This document shows, in pieces, positions 27,641 through 38,049 of a DNA stretch of 64,000 nt. Under the pieces are notes generated by a model. The model saw only the letters and a program-made list of their open reading frames with translations, was not told the origin of the DNA and made no database searches. Within the stretch, counting starts at the first letter, position 1. Each line of letters begins with the position of its first letter. The stretch is from an uncultured delta proteobacterium (lineage in GTDB: Bacteria > Desulfobacterota > RBG-13-43-22): positions 128,001 through 192,000 of the forward strand of contig CAVUPH010000013.1 of assembly GCA_963743305.1 (NCBI GenBank), given 5' to 3'. The position numbers were made by a program, and so were the translations under genes.

Positions 27641-28978
27641 GTGCAAAATGATGGTCAAAGCGATAGTAATGGAGGGAAAGGTCAAGGCCGAACGGCTCGG
27701 CCAAGGAGGCGATTGGCCGCCCTGATTGCTTTGGGGCTGATGATTTTCCTCTTTGGGGGACAGGATTGTCCGGCGGCAACGAATGACTTATTCCTGGAGG
27801 CGATCTTGCCCGATCGACTGGGGCAAGCGGAACCACCTTTTGTTAAGCGGTCCAGAGTGGCAAAAATCAACTGGCAGGCCTTAGAGGCTGGAGCGGTTCA
27901 AGAAAACGACGAAAAGGGGAAGAAAACCGTTCGGTTGAACTTGTTCCCAGACACCGTTTATACGGCTTGGGTCCGGCGGACCGAGGTCACCCCCAACCGG
28001 GAAACAATTTGGCAGGGGGGGCTGGAAGGGAACCCGGCCAGCGAAGTGACCCTGGTGATGAAGGACGGCCTTTTGGTGGGTAATGTCAGTTCTCCCGGGG
28101 GAAGGTTTCAGATACGCTTTCTGGGGGAGGGATTTCACCGCATTCGAGAAGTGGATCCCGGCGGTTATCCACAGGAGGGGGCTCCCATTCCGGTCCTGAC
28201 GGGGAAGGATGGGGCCGAAAAAATTCCCGAAAAGAAAGGGCTCGCGGTTATTTTTCAAAAACTTTTTCTGCCAGCGATCTTTAAGCCCCCGATAGTCGAT
28301 GTAATGGTGGGGTATACCTCGAGGGCGCTGGCAGCGGCCGGAGGAATCTCGGCCGTCAACGCCTTGATTGCCCTGGCGGTGAGTGAAACCAATACCGGTT
28401 ATGCCAACAGCGGGATCGACCAGCGGATCAACCTGGTCCACACCCTGGAAGTGGCCTACTCCGAAGCCTTTTTTGATTGGGATGTCACTCTGGACCGGTT
28501 GCAGGGGACGAACGACGGCTTCATGGACCAAGTGCATCCCCTGAGAGAGATCAACCGGGCGGATTTGGTGGTGCTCTTGGTGAACGATGGGAATTTTTGT
28601 GGACTGGGATACCTGATGACTACACCCTCGACAGCCTTCGCCCCTTTTGGGTTCAGCCTGGTGAACTGGGAGTGTGCCACCGGAAATTATTCCCTGGCCC
28701 ATGAAATGGGGCACAACATGGGCAGCGAACACGATCGGGCCAACGCGGGAGGTTCGGGGAGTTATCCCTATTCCTTTGGATATCAGGCCCCGGACCAATC
28801 TTTTCGGACTATTATGGCCTACGATTGCCCTTTGGGCTGTCCTCGGATCAACCACTGGTCCAATCCGGATGTTTTTTATAATGGCCGACCCACCGGCGTG
28901 GGGTCCAGCTCCCCGGTCTCCGCCGATAACCGGCGGTCGCTCAACAATACGGCTCCTTTTGTGGGCAATTTTCGATAA
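27641..28978 (+). CDS. Secreted reprolysin-like (M12B) zinc metalloprotease
   Basis: HEMGHNMGSEH zinc motif, Met-turn TIMAY, propeptide; start codon uncertain. Confidence 0.88.
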   Translation: MQNDGQSDSNGGKGQGRTARPRRRLAALIALGLMIFLFGGQDCPAATNDLFLEAILPDRLGQAEPPFVKRSRVAKINWQALEAGAVQENDEKGKKTVRLNLFPDTVYTAWVRRTEVTPNRETIWQGGLEGNPASEVTLVMKDGLLVGNVSSPGGRFQIRFLGEGFHRIREVDPGGYPQEGAPIPVLTGKDGAEKIPEKKGLAVIFQKLFLPAIFKPPIVDVMVGYTSRALAAAGGISAVNALIALAVSETNTGYANSGIDQRINLVHTLEVAYSEAFFDWDVTLDRLQGTNDGFMDQVHPLREINRADLVVLLVNDGNFCGLGYLMTTPSTAFAPFGFSLVNWECATGNYSLAHEMGHNMGSEHDRANAGGSGSYPYSFGYQAPDQSFRTIMAYDCPLGCPRINHWSNPDVFYNGRPTGVGSSSPVSADNRRSLNNTAPFVGNFR

Positions 28979-29025
28979 TTATAAATTAATAACAATACCA
29001 AACGTGGCTGGCGTCTATTTTCGTG

Positions 29026-29580
29026 CTAAACCTTAAGCCCCTCGCGGATATACCTCGCCCCCTCCTGCAGCGCCGCGGAGTTGATGGGGATCATCTTGTG
29101 ATAGCGCTTGTCCAGGGCCTTGGTCAGGGAATGGATCAACGCGTCTAAGGAGACCACCCGACTTTCTTCCACAATGGCGCCCAGCATGGTCATATTGGCC
29201 ATGCGGCTCTCCCCGGCCTTGGCGGCCAGTTCCATCGTCGGTATGGGGACAATCTTCGGGCCTTCAAAGGAGGCATCCTGAAGATCAATCAGGGAAGAAT
29301 TAACAAATACCGTTCCTCCCGGCTGGACCATGGGCCCGAACCGGAGCAGGGAAGGTTTATTCAACACGGCCGCCGCGAGCGGATGATGGATAATCGGGGA
29401 GCCAATTTCCCGGTCCGAGACGACCACCGTGCAATTGGCCGTTCCGCCCCGCATTTCCACGCCGTACACCGGCATGTAGGTAACCTGCCGCCCCTCTTCC
29501 ATGGCGGCATAGGCCAGAAGGTTGCCGATGAACATGACTCCCTGCCCCCCAAATCCGGCGATAATAATATCGAAATACAT
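29026..29580 (-). CDS. 2-oxoacid:ferredoxin oxidoreductase gamma subunit
   Basis: AGFGGQGV, YGVEMRGG, ANMTMLG. Confidence 0.9.
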   Translation of the reverse strand: MYFDIIIAGFGGQGVMFIGNLLAYAAMEEGRQVTYMPVYGVEMRGGTANCTVVVSDREIGSPIIHHPLAAAVLNKPSLLRFGPMVQPGGTVFVNSSLIDLQDASFEGPKIVPIPTMELAAKAGESRMANMTMLGAIVEESRVVSLDALIHSLTKALDKRYHKMIPINSAALQEGARYIREGLKV

Positions 29581-30321
29581 CTAAGCCTCCTTCTCTTTGA
29601 AAACACCCAACGGGAAATAGGGGATCATTTCGTTCTGGATCCGTTGGTTGGCCTTTTCCGGGCTCATCTTCCAGTTGGTGGGACAGCTCGACAAGAATTC
29701 GATAAAGGCAAAACCGAGTTTGTTGATTTGGACTTCGAAGGCTTTTTTTAACATCTTCTTGGCCGTCATCAAGTGTTTGGGTGTATGGACCGCCACTCGG
29801 GCGGAGAAGGCCGTTCCCTCCAATACAGCCATGATCTCCGCCATCCTGATCGGATAGCCTTCGTTGTGGAAATCCCGGCCGTAGGGGCTGGTGGTGGTGG
29901 ACTGCCCCAGCATGGTGGTGGGGGCCATCTGTCCCCCGGTCATGCCGTAAACGGTATTATTGACAAAGATGATGGTGACCCCTTCTCCCCGGTTGGCGCA
30001 GTGCAGGCTTTCGGCGATGCCTATGGAGGCCAGGTCTCCGTCGCCCTGATAGGTAAATACGAAATTATCCGGGCGGGCTCGTTTAATGCCAGTGGCCACC
30101 GCCGCGGCTCGGCCGTGAGGAGACTCGCAAACATCCACGTCAAAATAATCATACATGAAGACCGAGCAACCCACCGAGGCGGCGCAGATAGTCTTTTCCC
30201 GGAGATGATAGGTATCAATACATTCCGCCACCAGGCGGTGAATGATCCCGTGATGGCAGCCAGGGCAGAAATGGAAAGGGACGTCGATTAAACTCTCGGG
30301 GCGTTTGAATACTTGTTTCAT
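29581..30321 (-). CDS. 2-oxoacid:ferredoxin oxidoreductase beta (TPP-binding) subunit
   Basis: [26 protein letters not shown]. Confidence 0.92.
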   Translation of the reverse strand: MKQVFKRPESLIDVPFHFCPGCHHGIIHRLVAECIDTYHLREKTICAASVGCSVFMYDYFDVDVCESPHGRAAAVATGIKRARPDNFVFTYQGDGDLASIGIAESLHCANRGEGVTIIFVNNTVYGMTGGQMAPTTMLGQSTTTSPYGRDFHNEGYPIRMAEIMAVLEGTAFSARVAVHTPKHLMTAKKMLKKAFEVQINKLGFAFIEFLSSCPTNWKMSPEKANQRIQNEMIPYFPLGVFKEKEA

Positions 30322-30345
30322 TAGTAATACCTCTTGAAAAACATT

Positions 30346-31404
30346 TTAACCACACCGGTACACTTTTTTGATCTCATCGAACAATTCATTGGGCGTAGGG
30401 ATCGACCCGGGCGGACGTCCGTAAAAATCCACATCCGCCCCCTTGTCCACCGAGAGCTTGACGTCTTCCACCATCTGGCCGGTGTTCAGTTCCACCACAA
30501 AAAAACGGCGGATGCGGCGAGACAGTTCCCGGAGGGGTTCTTCCGGATAGGGGTACAGGGTGATGGGGCGGAAAAGTCCGACCTTCATCCCTTGCTCCCG
30601 GGCCATATCGATGGAGGACTTGATGATTCGGGCTACGGACCCGAAGGAGACCACCACCAGGTCGGCATCTTCGATCAAATAGGTCTGGTATTCGATCTCC
30701 GCCTTCATGCGCTGGTATTTCTGGAAGAGGTTCCAATTGTGGACGGTCAACTCCCCCTCGGTCAGATAAAGGCTTTTCAGATATTGGGCTTTGCGACCCA
30801 CGGCCCCGGTCAGGGCCCAGGGCTTGGGAAATTCTTTGGGCTGGTAAGGATGCAGAGTGACCGGTTCCTTAATCTGCCCCAGCAGGGCATCACCCAGGAC
30901 CATCACCGGGTTCCGGTACTGGTCGGCCAGGTCAAAGGCCTTCATGGTCAGGTCGTAATTCTCCTGGGCGGAAAAAGGGGCCAGGACCAGCGTCCGATAG
31001 TCGCCGTGGCCTCCCCCCCGGGTGGCCTGAAAGTAATCCCCCTGGGAAGGGGAAATACCCCCCAGGCCCGGTCCGCTGCGGCTCATGTTGACGATGACCC
31101 CCGGGATCTCGGAACCGGCCATATAGGAGATTCCTTCCTGCTTTAAGGAAATGCCCGGACTGGAGGAGGAGGTCATGGCCCGGGCGCCCGTGGCCGCAGC
31201 GCCCAGGAGCATATTGATGGAGGCCACTTCGCTCTCCGCCTGGATGAAAGTCCCTCCGGCCAGTGGCAGGTGCCGGGACATGTATTCCGGGATGTCGTTC
31301 TGGGGAGTTATGGGGTAGCCGAAGTAAAAGCGGCATCCGGCGGCAATGGCCCCCATGGCGATGGCTTCGTTGCCTTTGATTAAATCAGTGCTTGGTTTAG
31401 TCAT
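30346..31404 (-). CDS. vorB: 2-oxoacid:ferredoxin oxidoreductase alpha subunit (VorB-like)
   Basis: GYPITPQ, QAESE, SSSPGISLKQE, GGGHGDY. Confidence 0.85.
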   Translation of the reverse strand: MTKPSTDLIKGNEAIAMGAIAAGCRFYFGYPITPQNDIPEYMSRHLPLAGGTFIQAESEVASINMLLGAAATGARAMTSSSSPGISLKQEGISYMAGSEIPGVIVNMSRSGPGLGGISPSQGDYFQATRGGGHGDYRTLVLAPFSAQENYDLTMKAFDLADQYRNPVMVLGDALLGQIKEPVTLHPYQPKEFPKPWALTGAVGRKAQYLKSLYLTEGELTVHNWNLFQKYQRMKAEIEYQTYLIEDADLVVVSFGSVARIIKSSIDMAREQGMKVGLFRPITLYPYPEEPLRELSRRIRRFFVVELNTGQMVEDVKLSVDKGADVDFYGRPPGSIPTPNELFDEIKKVYRCG

Positions 31405-31456
31405 GCGATTCCCTATTTATTCAAATTAGAAGGTTTTGCAAAAATTCTCAAAAACC

Positions 31457-31546
31457 GTCATTGCGAGCGGAGCCAAGCAATCCTCCGGTGAAGCATATGA
31501 GTGCCGGCTTTGGGGATTGCTTCGTCGCTTCGCTCCTCGCAATGAC
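31457..31546. repeat. REP-like palindromic element inside the oxidoreductase operon
   Basis: GTCATTGCGAG...CTCGCAATGAC, same family as 2512-2610. Confidence 0.8.
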
Positions 31547-31587
31547 AGCCAGTGGGTTCTTTTTGTGAATGCATAAAATCTGATCCA

Positions 31588-31791
31588 CTACTTCCAGACC
31601 TCTATCGCCACATCCGGGCACATCTCGGCGCAGAGGGCGCAACCGGTGCAGGAGGCCTCATCTTTCAGACAGGCCACGGTATATCCCTGGTTGTTGATCC
31701 GATCGCTTAAGGCAATGATTTTTTTCGGGCAGGCCAAGACGCAAAGCCGGCAGCCTTTACAACGTTCTTCTTGAAAATTGACTTTGGGCAT
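31588..31791 (-). CDS. 2[4Fe-4S] ferredoxin-like delta subunit
   Basis: CKGCRLCVLACP, CTGCALCAEMCP. Confidence 0.92.
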   Translation of the reverse strand: MPKVNFQEERCKGCRLCVLACPKKIIALSDRINNQGYTVACLKDEASCTGCALCAEMCPDVAIEVWK

Positions 31792-31817
31792 AAAACGAAT
31801 CCTCTAAAATCTTATAC

Positions 31818-31893
31818 TGGAGTAATGGGGTAATGGAGCAATGGGGGTGATGGAAGAAAGGTCTTTAAGGAAAACTCCAACACTCCAACACCC
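31818..31893. repeat. Degenerate 8-mer tandem repeats with inverted counterpart
   Basis: TGGAGTAA TGGGGTAA TGGAGCAA TGGGGGTGA followed by ACTCCAAC ACTCCAAC. Confidence 0.55.
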
Positions 31894-31947
31894 ATATGTT
31901 TTGCTAAGAACCCGTAAAGGAATAAGCCATACCATGCCGCGGTATCT

Positions 31948-32029
31948 CCGTTCATGCTGAGCCAGTCGAAGCATGGCCGTATCGTTCACCCTTCGACTGC
32001 TCGACAGGCTCGCAGCTCAGGGCAAACGG
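31948..32029. repeat. REP-like pair (CTGAGCC..TCGAAG family)
   Basis: CCGTTCATGCTGAGCCAGTCGAAGCAT and CCCTTCGAC...GCTCAGGGCAAACGG; related to repeats at 63.1-63.5 kb. Confidence 0.6.
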
Positions 32030-32068
32030 TTGTAGTGTCGCTTTGTCAAGGTTATTTGTCTACAGATC

Positions 32069-33007
32069 CTAAGTATTCGCCGCGGTGAAAGCCTGAAGAC
32101 TCTTCACGTCTTCCACGTTGAAAGCGGTATAGGCAAACTCCTTAGGGAGGCATTTTTTCACTAATCCCAAAAGGACCTTTTTGGGGCCCACCTCCAGAAA
32201 TCGGGTAAGTCCGTCTGCTCGCATTTGTTGGACGATATTCACCCAGCGGACCGGACTTCCCATCTGCCGCCCCATGATTTCTTTGATTTGTCCCGCGTCT
32301 TGAACCGCATTTCCCGTCACATTCAAGTAGAGGGAGCATTGGGGGGGCTGAAAGGGTACGGCGGCCAATTCTTTCTGAAAAGACTCTAGGGCCTCCCCCA
32401 TGAGCGGGCTGTGCCAGGCCCCGCTGACGGCCAGCGGAACCGCCTTTCCTCCCTGTTCCGTCACCCGGCGGCGGGCTTCCTCTACCAGGGGCTGGGAGCC
32501 GGAGATGACCGTCTGTTCCGGGGTATTGAAATTGGCGGCGCCGATGGCCCCCTGGCCCTGCAATCCGGCCAGGATGGACTCCAATTGCTCCGGGGACAAT
32601 CCCATCACAGCCGCCATGGCTCCTGGAACCTTTTGTGCCGCCTGGTCCATGAGTGCCCCCCGGGCCTTGACCAGTTTCAAGGTATATTCAAGCGAAATGA
32701 CCCGGGCGGCGTAAAGGGCCGAGTATTCACCCAGACTGTGGCCGGCCACGGCCGCCGGCCGATATCCCAAATCTTCCAACACGGCCAAGGCGGCCAGATT
32801 GACCGCGGTCACCGCCGGTTGGAGATTTCGAGTCAGGGTCAGTTCCTCCAGGGGTCCCTCGAAGCACAGCTTTCGGAGAGGCAGGTCAAGCAGCGTTTCG
32901 GCCCGATCAAAGACCTCGCGGGCCGTGGGGTATTGATCATGGATCTCCTGGCCCATGCCCACGTACTGAGAACCCTGCCCTGGAAATAAAAATGCCCTAT
33001 CGGCCAT
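32069..33007 (-). CDS. fabD: Malonyl-CoA:ACP transacylase
   Basis: FPGQGSQ, GHSLGEY, VSGAWHS, EVGP. Confidence 0.93.
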   Translation of the reverse strand: MADRAFLFPGQGSQYVGMGQEIHDQYPTAREVFDRAETLLDLPLRKLCFEGPLEELTLTRNLQPAVTAVNLAALAVLEDLGYRPAAVAGHSLGEYSALYAARVISLEYTLKLVKARGALMDQAAQKVPGAMAAVMGLSPEQLESILAGLQGQGAIGAANFNTPEQTVISGSQPLVEEARRRVTEQGGKAVPLAVSGAWHSPLMGEALESFQKELAAVPFQPPQCSLYLNVTGNAVQDAGQIKEIMGRQMGSPVRWVNIVQQMRADGLTRFLEVGPKKVLLGLVKKCLPKEFAYTAFNVEDVKSLQAFTAANT

Positions 33008-33080
33008 GCCCCACCTCCGTCGGAAAAATTTAAATTTATAAACGTAGGCCGGCCAAAATTCAAGAAAAAAACAGGCATAG

Positions 33081-33170
33081 CTGCGAACTTGATCCGGGGG
33101 AAGCAACCCTCCGATTGAACTTGGGGATCGTGGTACCCTCATTGGGGGATTGCTTCGATCTGACAATGAC
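33081..33170. repeat. Degenerate REP-like element
   Basis: GAAGCAAC...GGGGATTGCTTCG...CAATGAC. Confidence 0.5.
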
Positions 33171-33419
33171 CAGTAATCCGGATATTTGCATGCTTCGAGG
33201 ATACCCCACCCGTGGATGCTGATTTAATATTTAACATGAATGGTGCCCGATGTCAAAATTGTCGCCCTCAGGATCTGAGTTCACCAAGGAATCGCTTGAA
33301 CAGGCGGATATTTCCTGTCAACTCCCCCCGCAGGCGCAGGTCCGATTTAACCATCCATCCTGATTGACTTTTTTTTGTCTTTGGACTATTCTCAATTTCG
33401 GAAGAAAAAGGAGCCATCC

Positions 33420-33953
33420 ATGTCCCGAACCCCCCCAAAAGAACGCCTTTTCAGCAGCCGAGAGATTCAGAAAAGGGTAGGAGAGCTGGCCCGGATCCTT
33501 TCCCGGGATTATCGGGGACGGGAACTGATCCTGATCGGGGTTTTGAACGGGGCCTTCATCTTCCTGGCCGATTTGGTGAAACGAATGACCATTCCGGTCC
33601 AGATCGATTTTGTTCGCTTGTCCAGCTATGGCAGCGGCAGTGAGAGCCAGGGTCGGATAAAGGTAATCAAACCGACGGAATTTCCCCTGGCGGGGAAGTC
33701 GGTGCTGATTGTGGAGGACATCATCGATACCGGCTTGACGCTGGATTTTTTGTGCCGGTCCTTAAAAGAGCAGAACCCTGAGTCTGTCCGGATCTGCGCC
33801 TTGGTCGATAAGAGCGAACGGAGGAAATTACCCGTGTGCATTGATTACGTGGGGTTTGTCGTTCCTTCGGGATTTATTGTCGGCTATGGCCTGGATTTCA
33901 ACGAGCAGTACCGACAGCTCCCGGCAATTTATCGTTTGTTGTCTTTGGGTTAG
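33420..33953 (+). CDS. hpt: Hypoxanthine phosphoribosyltransferase
   Basis: VLIVEDIIDTGLT, FIVGYGLD. Confidence 0.93.
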   Translation: MSRTPPKERLFSSREIQKRVGELARILSRDYRGRELILIGVLNGAFIFLADLVKRMTIPVQIDFVRLSSYGSGSESQGRIKVIKPTEFPLAGKSVLIVEDIIDTGLTLDFLCRSLKEQNPESVRICALVDKSERRKLPVCIDYVGFVVPSGFIVGYGLDFNEQYRQLPAIYRLLSLG

Positions 33954-33972
33954 ATTATTTTAGGAGAACGCC

Positions 33973-34752
33973 GTGCAGATTCAATGTCCCCAATGTGAAA
34001 CGACCTTCCAATTGGATGAAAATCAATTAGGGGAAAACGGTTCCAAGGTGCGTTGCAGTCGGTGCGGCCGGGTTTTTTGGGCCGAGGCCCCGGCTAAGAA
34101 GGAAGCACCGTCTCCGGAAGAGGCTATCCCGGAAGAGCCCAACCTTCCGCGGGAAGAAGAGATCATGACCGCCTTCCCAGGACCTCCCCAGCGTCGGGTC
34201 GGAGCCATGGTCGGGTTTTTCCTGCTGTTGCTGCTTTTGGTCATTACCGTCCGCTATTCCTATCTGCAACTCTTGGAACCCGACCAGGAATTCGGCGAAA
34301 CCGTCAAAAAAGTCTTTTTTCTGGACTCCGATCCGCGGGGCGCTAAAAAAATTCGCTTACAGGAGGTCAAGGGTTATTTCAAAACCAATCCCCTGGAGGG
34401 CCGTTTTTTCGTGGTGGAGGGGAAGGTGGTGAACGGCTACAGCCATCCCCGTGATTCTATCCATTTGCGCGGGAATCTGAAAAACGCCGTCCAGCAGGTG
34501 GTGGCGACCCGGGAAGTAGCGGCCGGTTGGAGTTTGAATCCGGAGGAACTGGAAACGTTGTCCTTCGCCGAGATCAATACCCTGGCCGCCGGCCAACCGC
34601 AACGCTTTTCCTCCAGGATTCACTTGGCCCCATCGGCCACGGCCCCGTTCATGATCATCTTTCCCCCTTCACCACAACCGTTGGCCGAATTCTCCGTGGA
34701 AGTGGTCGATTCGAAAAAAAGTTTGGCGGCGGCCCGATTCGCCCATAAATAG
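33973..34752 (+). CDS. Zinc-ribbon plus DUF3426-like membrane-anchored protein
   Basis: CPQCETTF...KVRCSRC, acidic linker, one TM helix. Confidence 0.8.
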   Translation: MQIQCPQCETTFQLDENQLGENGSKVRCSRCGRVFWAEAPAKKEAPSPEEAIPEEPNLPREEEIMTAFPGPPQRRVGAMVGFFLLLLLLVITVRYSYLQLLEPDQEFGETVKKVFFLDSDPRGAKKIRLQEVKGYFKTNPLEGRFFVVEGKVVNGYSHPRDSIHLRGNLKNAVQQVVATREVAAGWSLNPEELETLSFAEINTLAAGQPQRFSSRIHLAPSATAPFMIIFPPSPQPLAEFSVEVVDSKKSLAAARFAHK

Positions 34753-34755
34753 GCT

Positions 34756-35757
34756 ATGTCCGTTGCCCGCTGGATTCTGATCAATTGCCTGATCTTCTCG
34801 ATTATCCTCCTGGGGGGGAGCGCAGGGTTCCTCCTCATCGAAGGGCCTCACTGGAGCCTGTTGGACGCCGTGTATCAGACCATAACCACCATATCCACCG
34901 TGGGCTTCATGGAGGTCCATCCCTTGAGTCCGGCCGGCCGGATCTTTACCATTTTTCTGATCCTGGCTGGCGTCGGTTTTATTTTTTATTTTCTAGCTCG
35001 GATGACCGAGATAGTGGTTGAAGGGACGATTAAGGATATTTATGGGAGGCGGAAATTGGATAAGAAAGTGACGCGTCTGGAAGGGCACTACATCGTTTGC
35101 GGGTACGGCCGAATCGGGCGGACGGTCACCCAACTTCTGAAAGAAAAACCTCTGGAGGTGGTGGTCATTGAAAAAGACCCTGAATACATACCCCTGTTCC
35201 AGGGAAAAGGGATTCTTTATCTTCTGGGTGAGGCGACCGATGAAGACGTTCTGCTCAAGGCCGGGATCGAGAGGGCCAAGGGCCTGGTGGCGGCCGTTTC
35301 CTCCGATGCCGACAATGTCTACATCACCCTAACGGCCCGGGGATTGAATGCCCACCTGTTTATTCTGGCCCGGGCCGCTGAGGAGGCTTCCGGCCGGAAG
35401 ATGATCCGGGCTGGTGCCGATAAGGTGGTTTCGCCCTATGAGATCGGGGCGCGACGCATGGCCAATACCATCCTCCGGCCGACGGTTATCGATTTCATCG
35501 AACTGGCCATGCACACCAAGAGTCTGGACTTATCTATGGAGGAGATTACCGTTAAAGAGGGTTCCCAGCTTCATGATGTCACGCTTCAAGAGGCCGCCAT
35601 CCGCAAGGATTACAACCTGATCGTGGTGGCCATCAAAAAGAATTCCGGAGATATGATCTTTAACCCCTATTCCCAGACCAAAATCCATCTGGGCGACACC
35701 CTGGTCGTCTTGGGGGATCGGGAGAACGTGTCCTTGCTGGAGCAGAAGCTGAAGTGA
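34756..35757 (+). CDS. Two-TM potassium channel protein with RCK (TrkA-N/TrkA-C) domains
   Basis: TISTVGFME pore, CGYGRIG, TrkA-C tail. Confidence 0.88.
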   Translation: MSVARWILINCLIFSIILLGGSAGFLLIEGPHWSLLDAVYQTITTISTVGFMEVHPLSPAGRIFTIFLILAGVGFIFYFLARMTEIVVEGTIKDIYGRRKLDKKVTRLEGHYIVCGYGRIGRTVTQLLKEKPLEVVVIEKDPEYIPLFQGKGILYLLGEATDEDVLLKAGIERAKGLVAAVSSDADNVYITLTARGLNAHLFILARAAEEASGRKMIRAGADKVVSPYEIGARRMANTILRPTVIDFIELAMHTKSLDLSMEEITVKEGSQLHDVTLQEAAIRKDYNLIVVAIKKNSGDMIFNPYSQTKIHLGDTLVVLGDRENVSLLEQKLK

Positions 35758-35758
35758 G

Positions 35759-36613
35759 TTAACCGGACCCGTAACTGTGCAGGCCGGACAAAATGAAATT
35801 GACCCCGAAATAAGTGAAAAGCACACAGGCAAAGCCGATAACGGAAAACCAGGCAATCCGTTTTCCATGCCAGCCTTTCATCATGCGAGCATGCAATAAG
35901 GTGGCATATACCAGCCAGGTAATGAGCGACCAGGTTTCCTTCGGATCCCAACTCCAGTAGGTTCCCCAGGCCGAATGGGCCCAGATGGCCCCGGTAGCGA
36001 TACCGACGGTGAGCAACAAAAAACCCACGATCACCGTTTGATATACCAAATCATCCAGAACCGTCTGCTCCGGCAGAAAGCCTGGAGATTTCGCAGCGGA
36101 GGACTTTGCTTTTTCCGGTCTTTTCCCGCGGAGCAGGAACATGAAAGCCAATCCGCAGGATACGGCAAAGGCGGCGTACCCTAAAAAACAGGTGATGACA
36201 TGAGCGATCAGCCAGTTGCTCTTCAGGGCCGGCAGCAGGGGCTGGATCCGGGTATTCATATCCGGGGAAAAGGAGGCGTAGGCCATGGAAAGAAAGGCAA
36301 AGGGCAAAGTAAAGGCCCCAATGGTTTTCAGCCCGGTTTTGAACTCGATCCACAAGTAAATGAAGGCGATGGTCCAGGCAAAGAAAATAAGAGATTCGTA
36401 GAGATTGGAAAAAGGGGCGTGGCCGATCCCCAATTGATAGGATTCAATCCAGCGCCAGATGATGCCCCAGGTTTGAAGAGCAAGGACAACCAGGGTGATC
36501 CAGGTGGCCAAACGGCCAAAAGCATCTTTCCGGAAAACCAGTAAGAGCAAATAGGCCACGGCGGCGAATAAATAGCCGAAAGTGACGATACTCAGGACAA
36601 AAGAGCTGTTCAT
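35759..36613 (-). CDS. ccsA: System II cytochrome c synthase, WWD subunit
   Basis: WGTYWSWDPKETW, GLHSY. Confidence 0.93.
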   Translation of the reverse strand: MNSSFVLSIVTFGYLFAAVAYLLLLVFRKDAFGRLATWITLVVLALQTWGIIWRWIESYQLGIGHAPFSNLYESLIFFAWTIAFIYLWIEFKTGLKTIGAFTLPFAFLSMAYASFSPDMNTRIQPLLPALKSNWLIAHVITCFLGYAAFAVSCGLAFMFLLRGKRPEKAKSSAAKSPGFLPEQTVLDDLVYQTVIVGFLLLTVGIATGAIWAHSAWGTYWSWDPKETWSLITWLVYATLLHARMMKGWHGKRIAWFSVIGFACVLFTYFGVNFILSGLHSYGSG

Positions 36614-36687
36614 ATTAAATCCTCATGCCCGGAGCGGGCAACCGCAAAGCATAAAAGACCTTTCTTCATACTAAACCTCAATAAACG

Positions 36688-38049
36688 TTATTCACTCCCC
36701 CAGCGGTTGACCAGGCGTTCCAGGTTGAGGATAAAACCGGCCCGATTCTTATGGGCCGTTCCTCCAAAATCCAGTTCCATCCGGGTTTTCCCTTTGGGGT
36801 CTTTTTTCTCCCGGAGCCAGACCCAGACCTGCTGATGGGAAAAATAGAAGGCCACGATGAAGCCCAAGAGCATCAGGCAGGACCCGATCCAGATAAACCA
36901 GATGCCGGGATCTTGGTTGACCTGCAGGCCGGTGACGTACCGGGTTTTCATCTCTTCCACTTTGATCCGGAAGTCGGCCAGTTGATTGCCGTGAAACTCG
37001 GGATGCTCGGCCAGGATCCAGCTATGTTCCACTTCCCGGCCGTCTTTAAGCAGGATCAGACCCAAGGCCGGGCCAAAGTTCGAAAGGTCGTTGACAAACC
37101 GTTCCAGGGAAAGACTGTAGGGGGTGCCGGGGATCTCCGTGATCCGCCCTTGGGCCACGGTGACTTTCCGGACCTGGTCACCCTGGGTCAACGAGAGGTC
37201 CACAGTCGAGGGCACCCGATCCCAGGTGGCCTGATAAAAGGTAATTCCCTGATAGGTGAAAGGATCATTAACTCGGATGGATGCCTTTTGAACCTCCCGG
37301 CCCCTTTCGAGTATGGACAAGTCCGAGCGGTATTCCTTGGGCATCCCGTTTTCATAGAAAGAGACCAGAAAACGGTCGCAACGAACGGAAAAACCAAGTG
37401 CCCGAAATCCGCCGGAGTTGCCAATCGTAATTTTGTCTTTCGTTTCCCCTTCTTTCAAATTCATAAAGCCCTTAAAACCCCAGAGGGATCCGGCGATGGC
37501 CCCGGCAAAGATCACCAGGATGCTGAAATGGACTAAATAGACGCCCAAACGGGAGTACCTTCCCTTCTCGGCGTAAAAAGCCAGACCTGAAGGGGCCTCC
37601 AAGGATTTTACAACCTTGAATTTTTTCCCCAAAAGGGCGTGCACCCGATCCCGAGAAGAGTCCAGGTCAATGGACAGGCGCATTTTTTTTCGGAAAGGCA
37701 GGGTGTCAAATAAGCCGTCACTCACAGGGCGGGGCGGCGCCTGGATGACCTTCCAGGTACTCGAGAAACGCTTGAGGGAGCAGACGATCAGGTTGACGGA
37801 TAAGAGCAGCAAGAGCCACTGAAACCACCAGGAATGATACATGTCCTGAAGCTGGAAAAACGCGATCAGCCTGGCGGTTGTCGGTCCAGAGCGTTGGACC
37901 ACCATTTCCAAAGGCTCGCCCTGGGGCAAAACGGTCCCGATGATGGACGTAGCAGCCAGTGTGATCAGGATGACGATGGCCAGTTTGACCGAAGCAAAAA
38001 AATCAATAATTTGAGCTAAAAATCCTTTAGAAGTCCGGGTATCGGCCAT
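36688..38049 (-). CDS. resB: System II cytochrome c biogenesis protein ResB/Ccs1
   Basis: IGTVLPQ, YHSWWF, VHFS, VNDP, DPG; adjacent to ccsA. Confidence 0.9.
   Translation of the reverse strand: MADTRTSKGFLAQIIDFFASVKLAIVILITLAATSIIGTVLPQGEPLEMVVQRSGPTTARLIAFFQLQDMYHSWWFQWLLLLLSVNLIVCSLKRFSSTWKVIQAPPRPVSDGLFDTLPFRKKMRLSIDLDSSRDRVHALLGKKFKVVKSLEAPSGLAFYAEKGRYSRLGVYLVHFSILVIFAGAIAGSLWGFKGFMNLKEGETKDKITIGNSGGFRALGFSVRCDRFLVSFYENGMPKEYRSDLSILERGREVQKASIRVNDPFTYQGITFYQATWDRVPSTVDLSLTQGDQVRKVTVAQGRITEIPGTPYSLSLERFVNDLSNFGPALGLILLKDGREVEHSWILAEHPEFHGNQLADFRIKVEEMKTRYVTGLQVNQDPGIWFIWIGSCLMLLGFIVAFYFSHQQVWVWLREKKDPKGKTRMELDFGGTAHKNRAGFILNLERLVNRWGSE

Noticed and set aside
31448-31989. Short ORFs 31448-31642 and 31804-31989
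   Set aside because: Translations of intergenic repeats
33008-33166. N-terminal extension of fabD
   Set aside because: It runs through a degenerate repeat; GGAGG RBS precedes ATG 33007
34895-34915. Non-canonical K+ filter TVGFME as a novelty
   Set aside because: TVGF-x variants are common among two-TM RCK channel homologs
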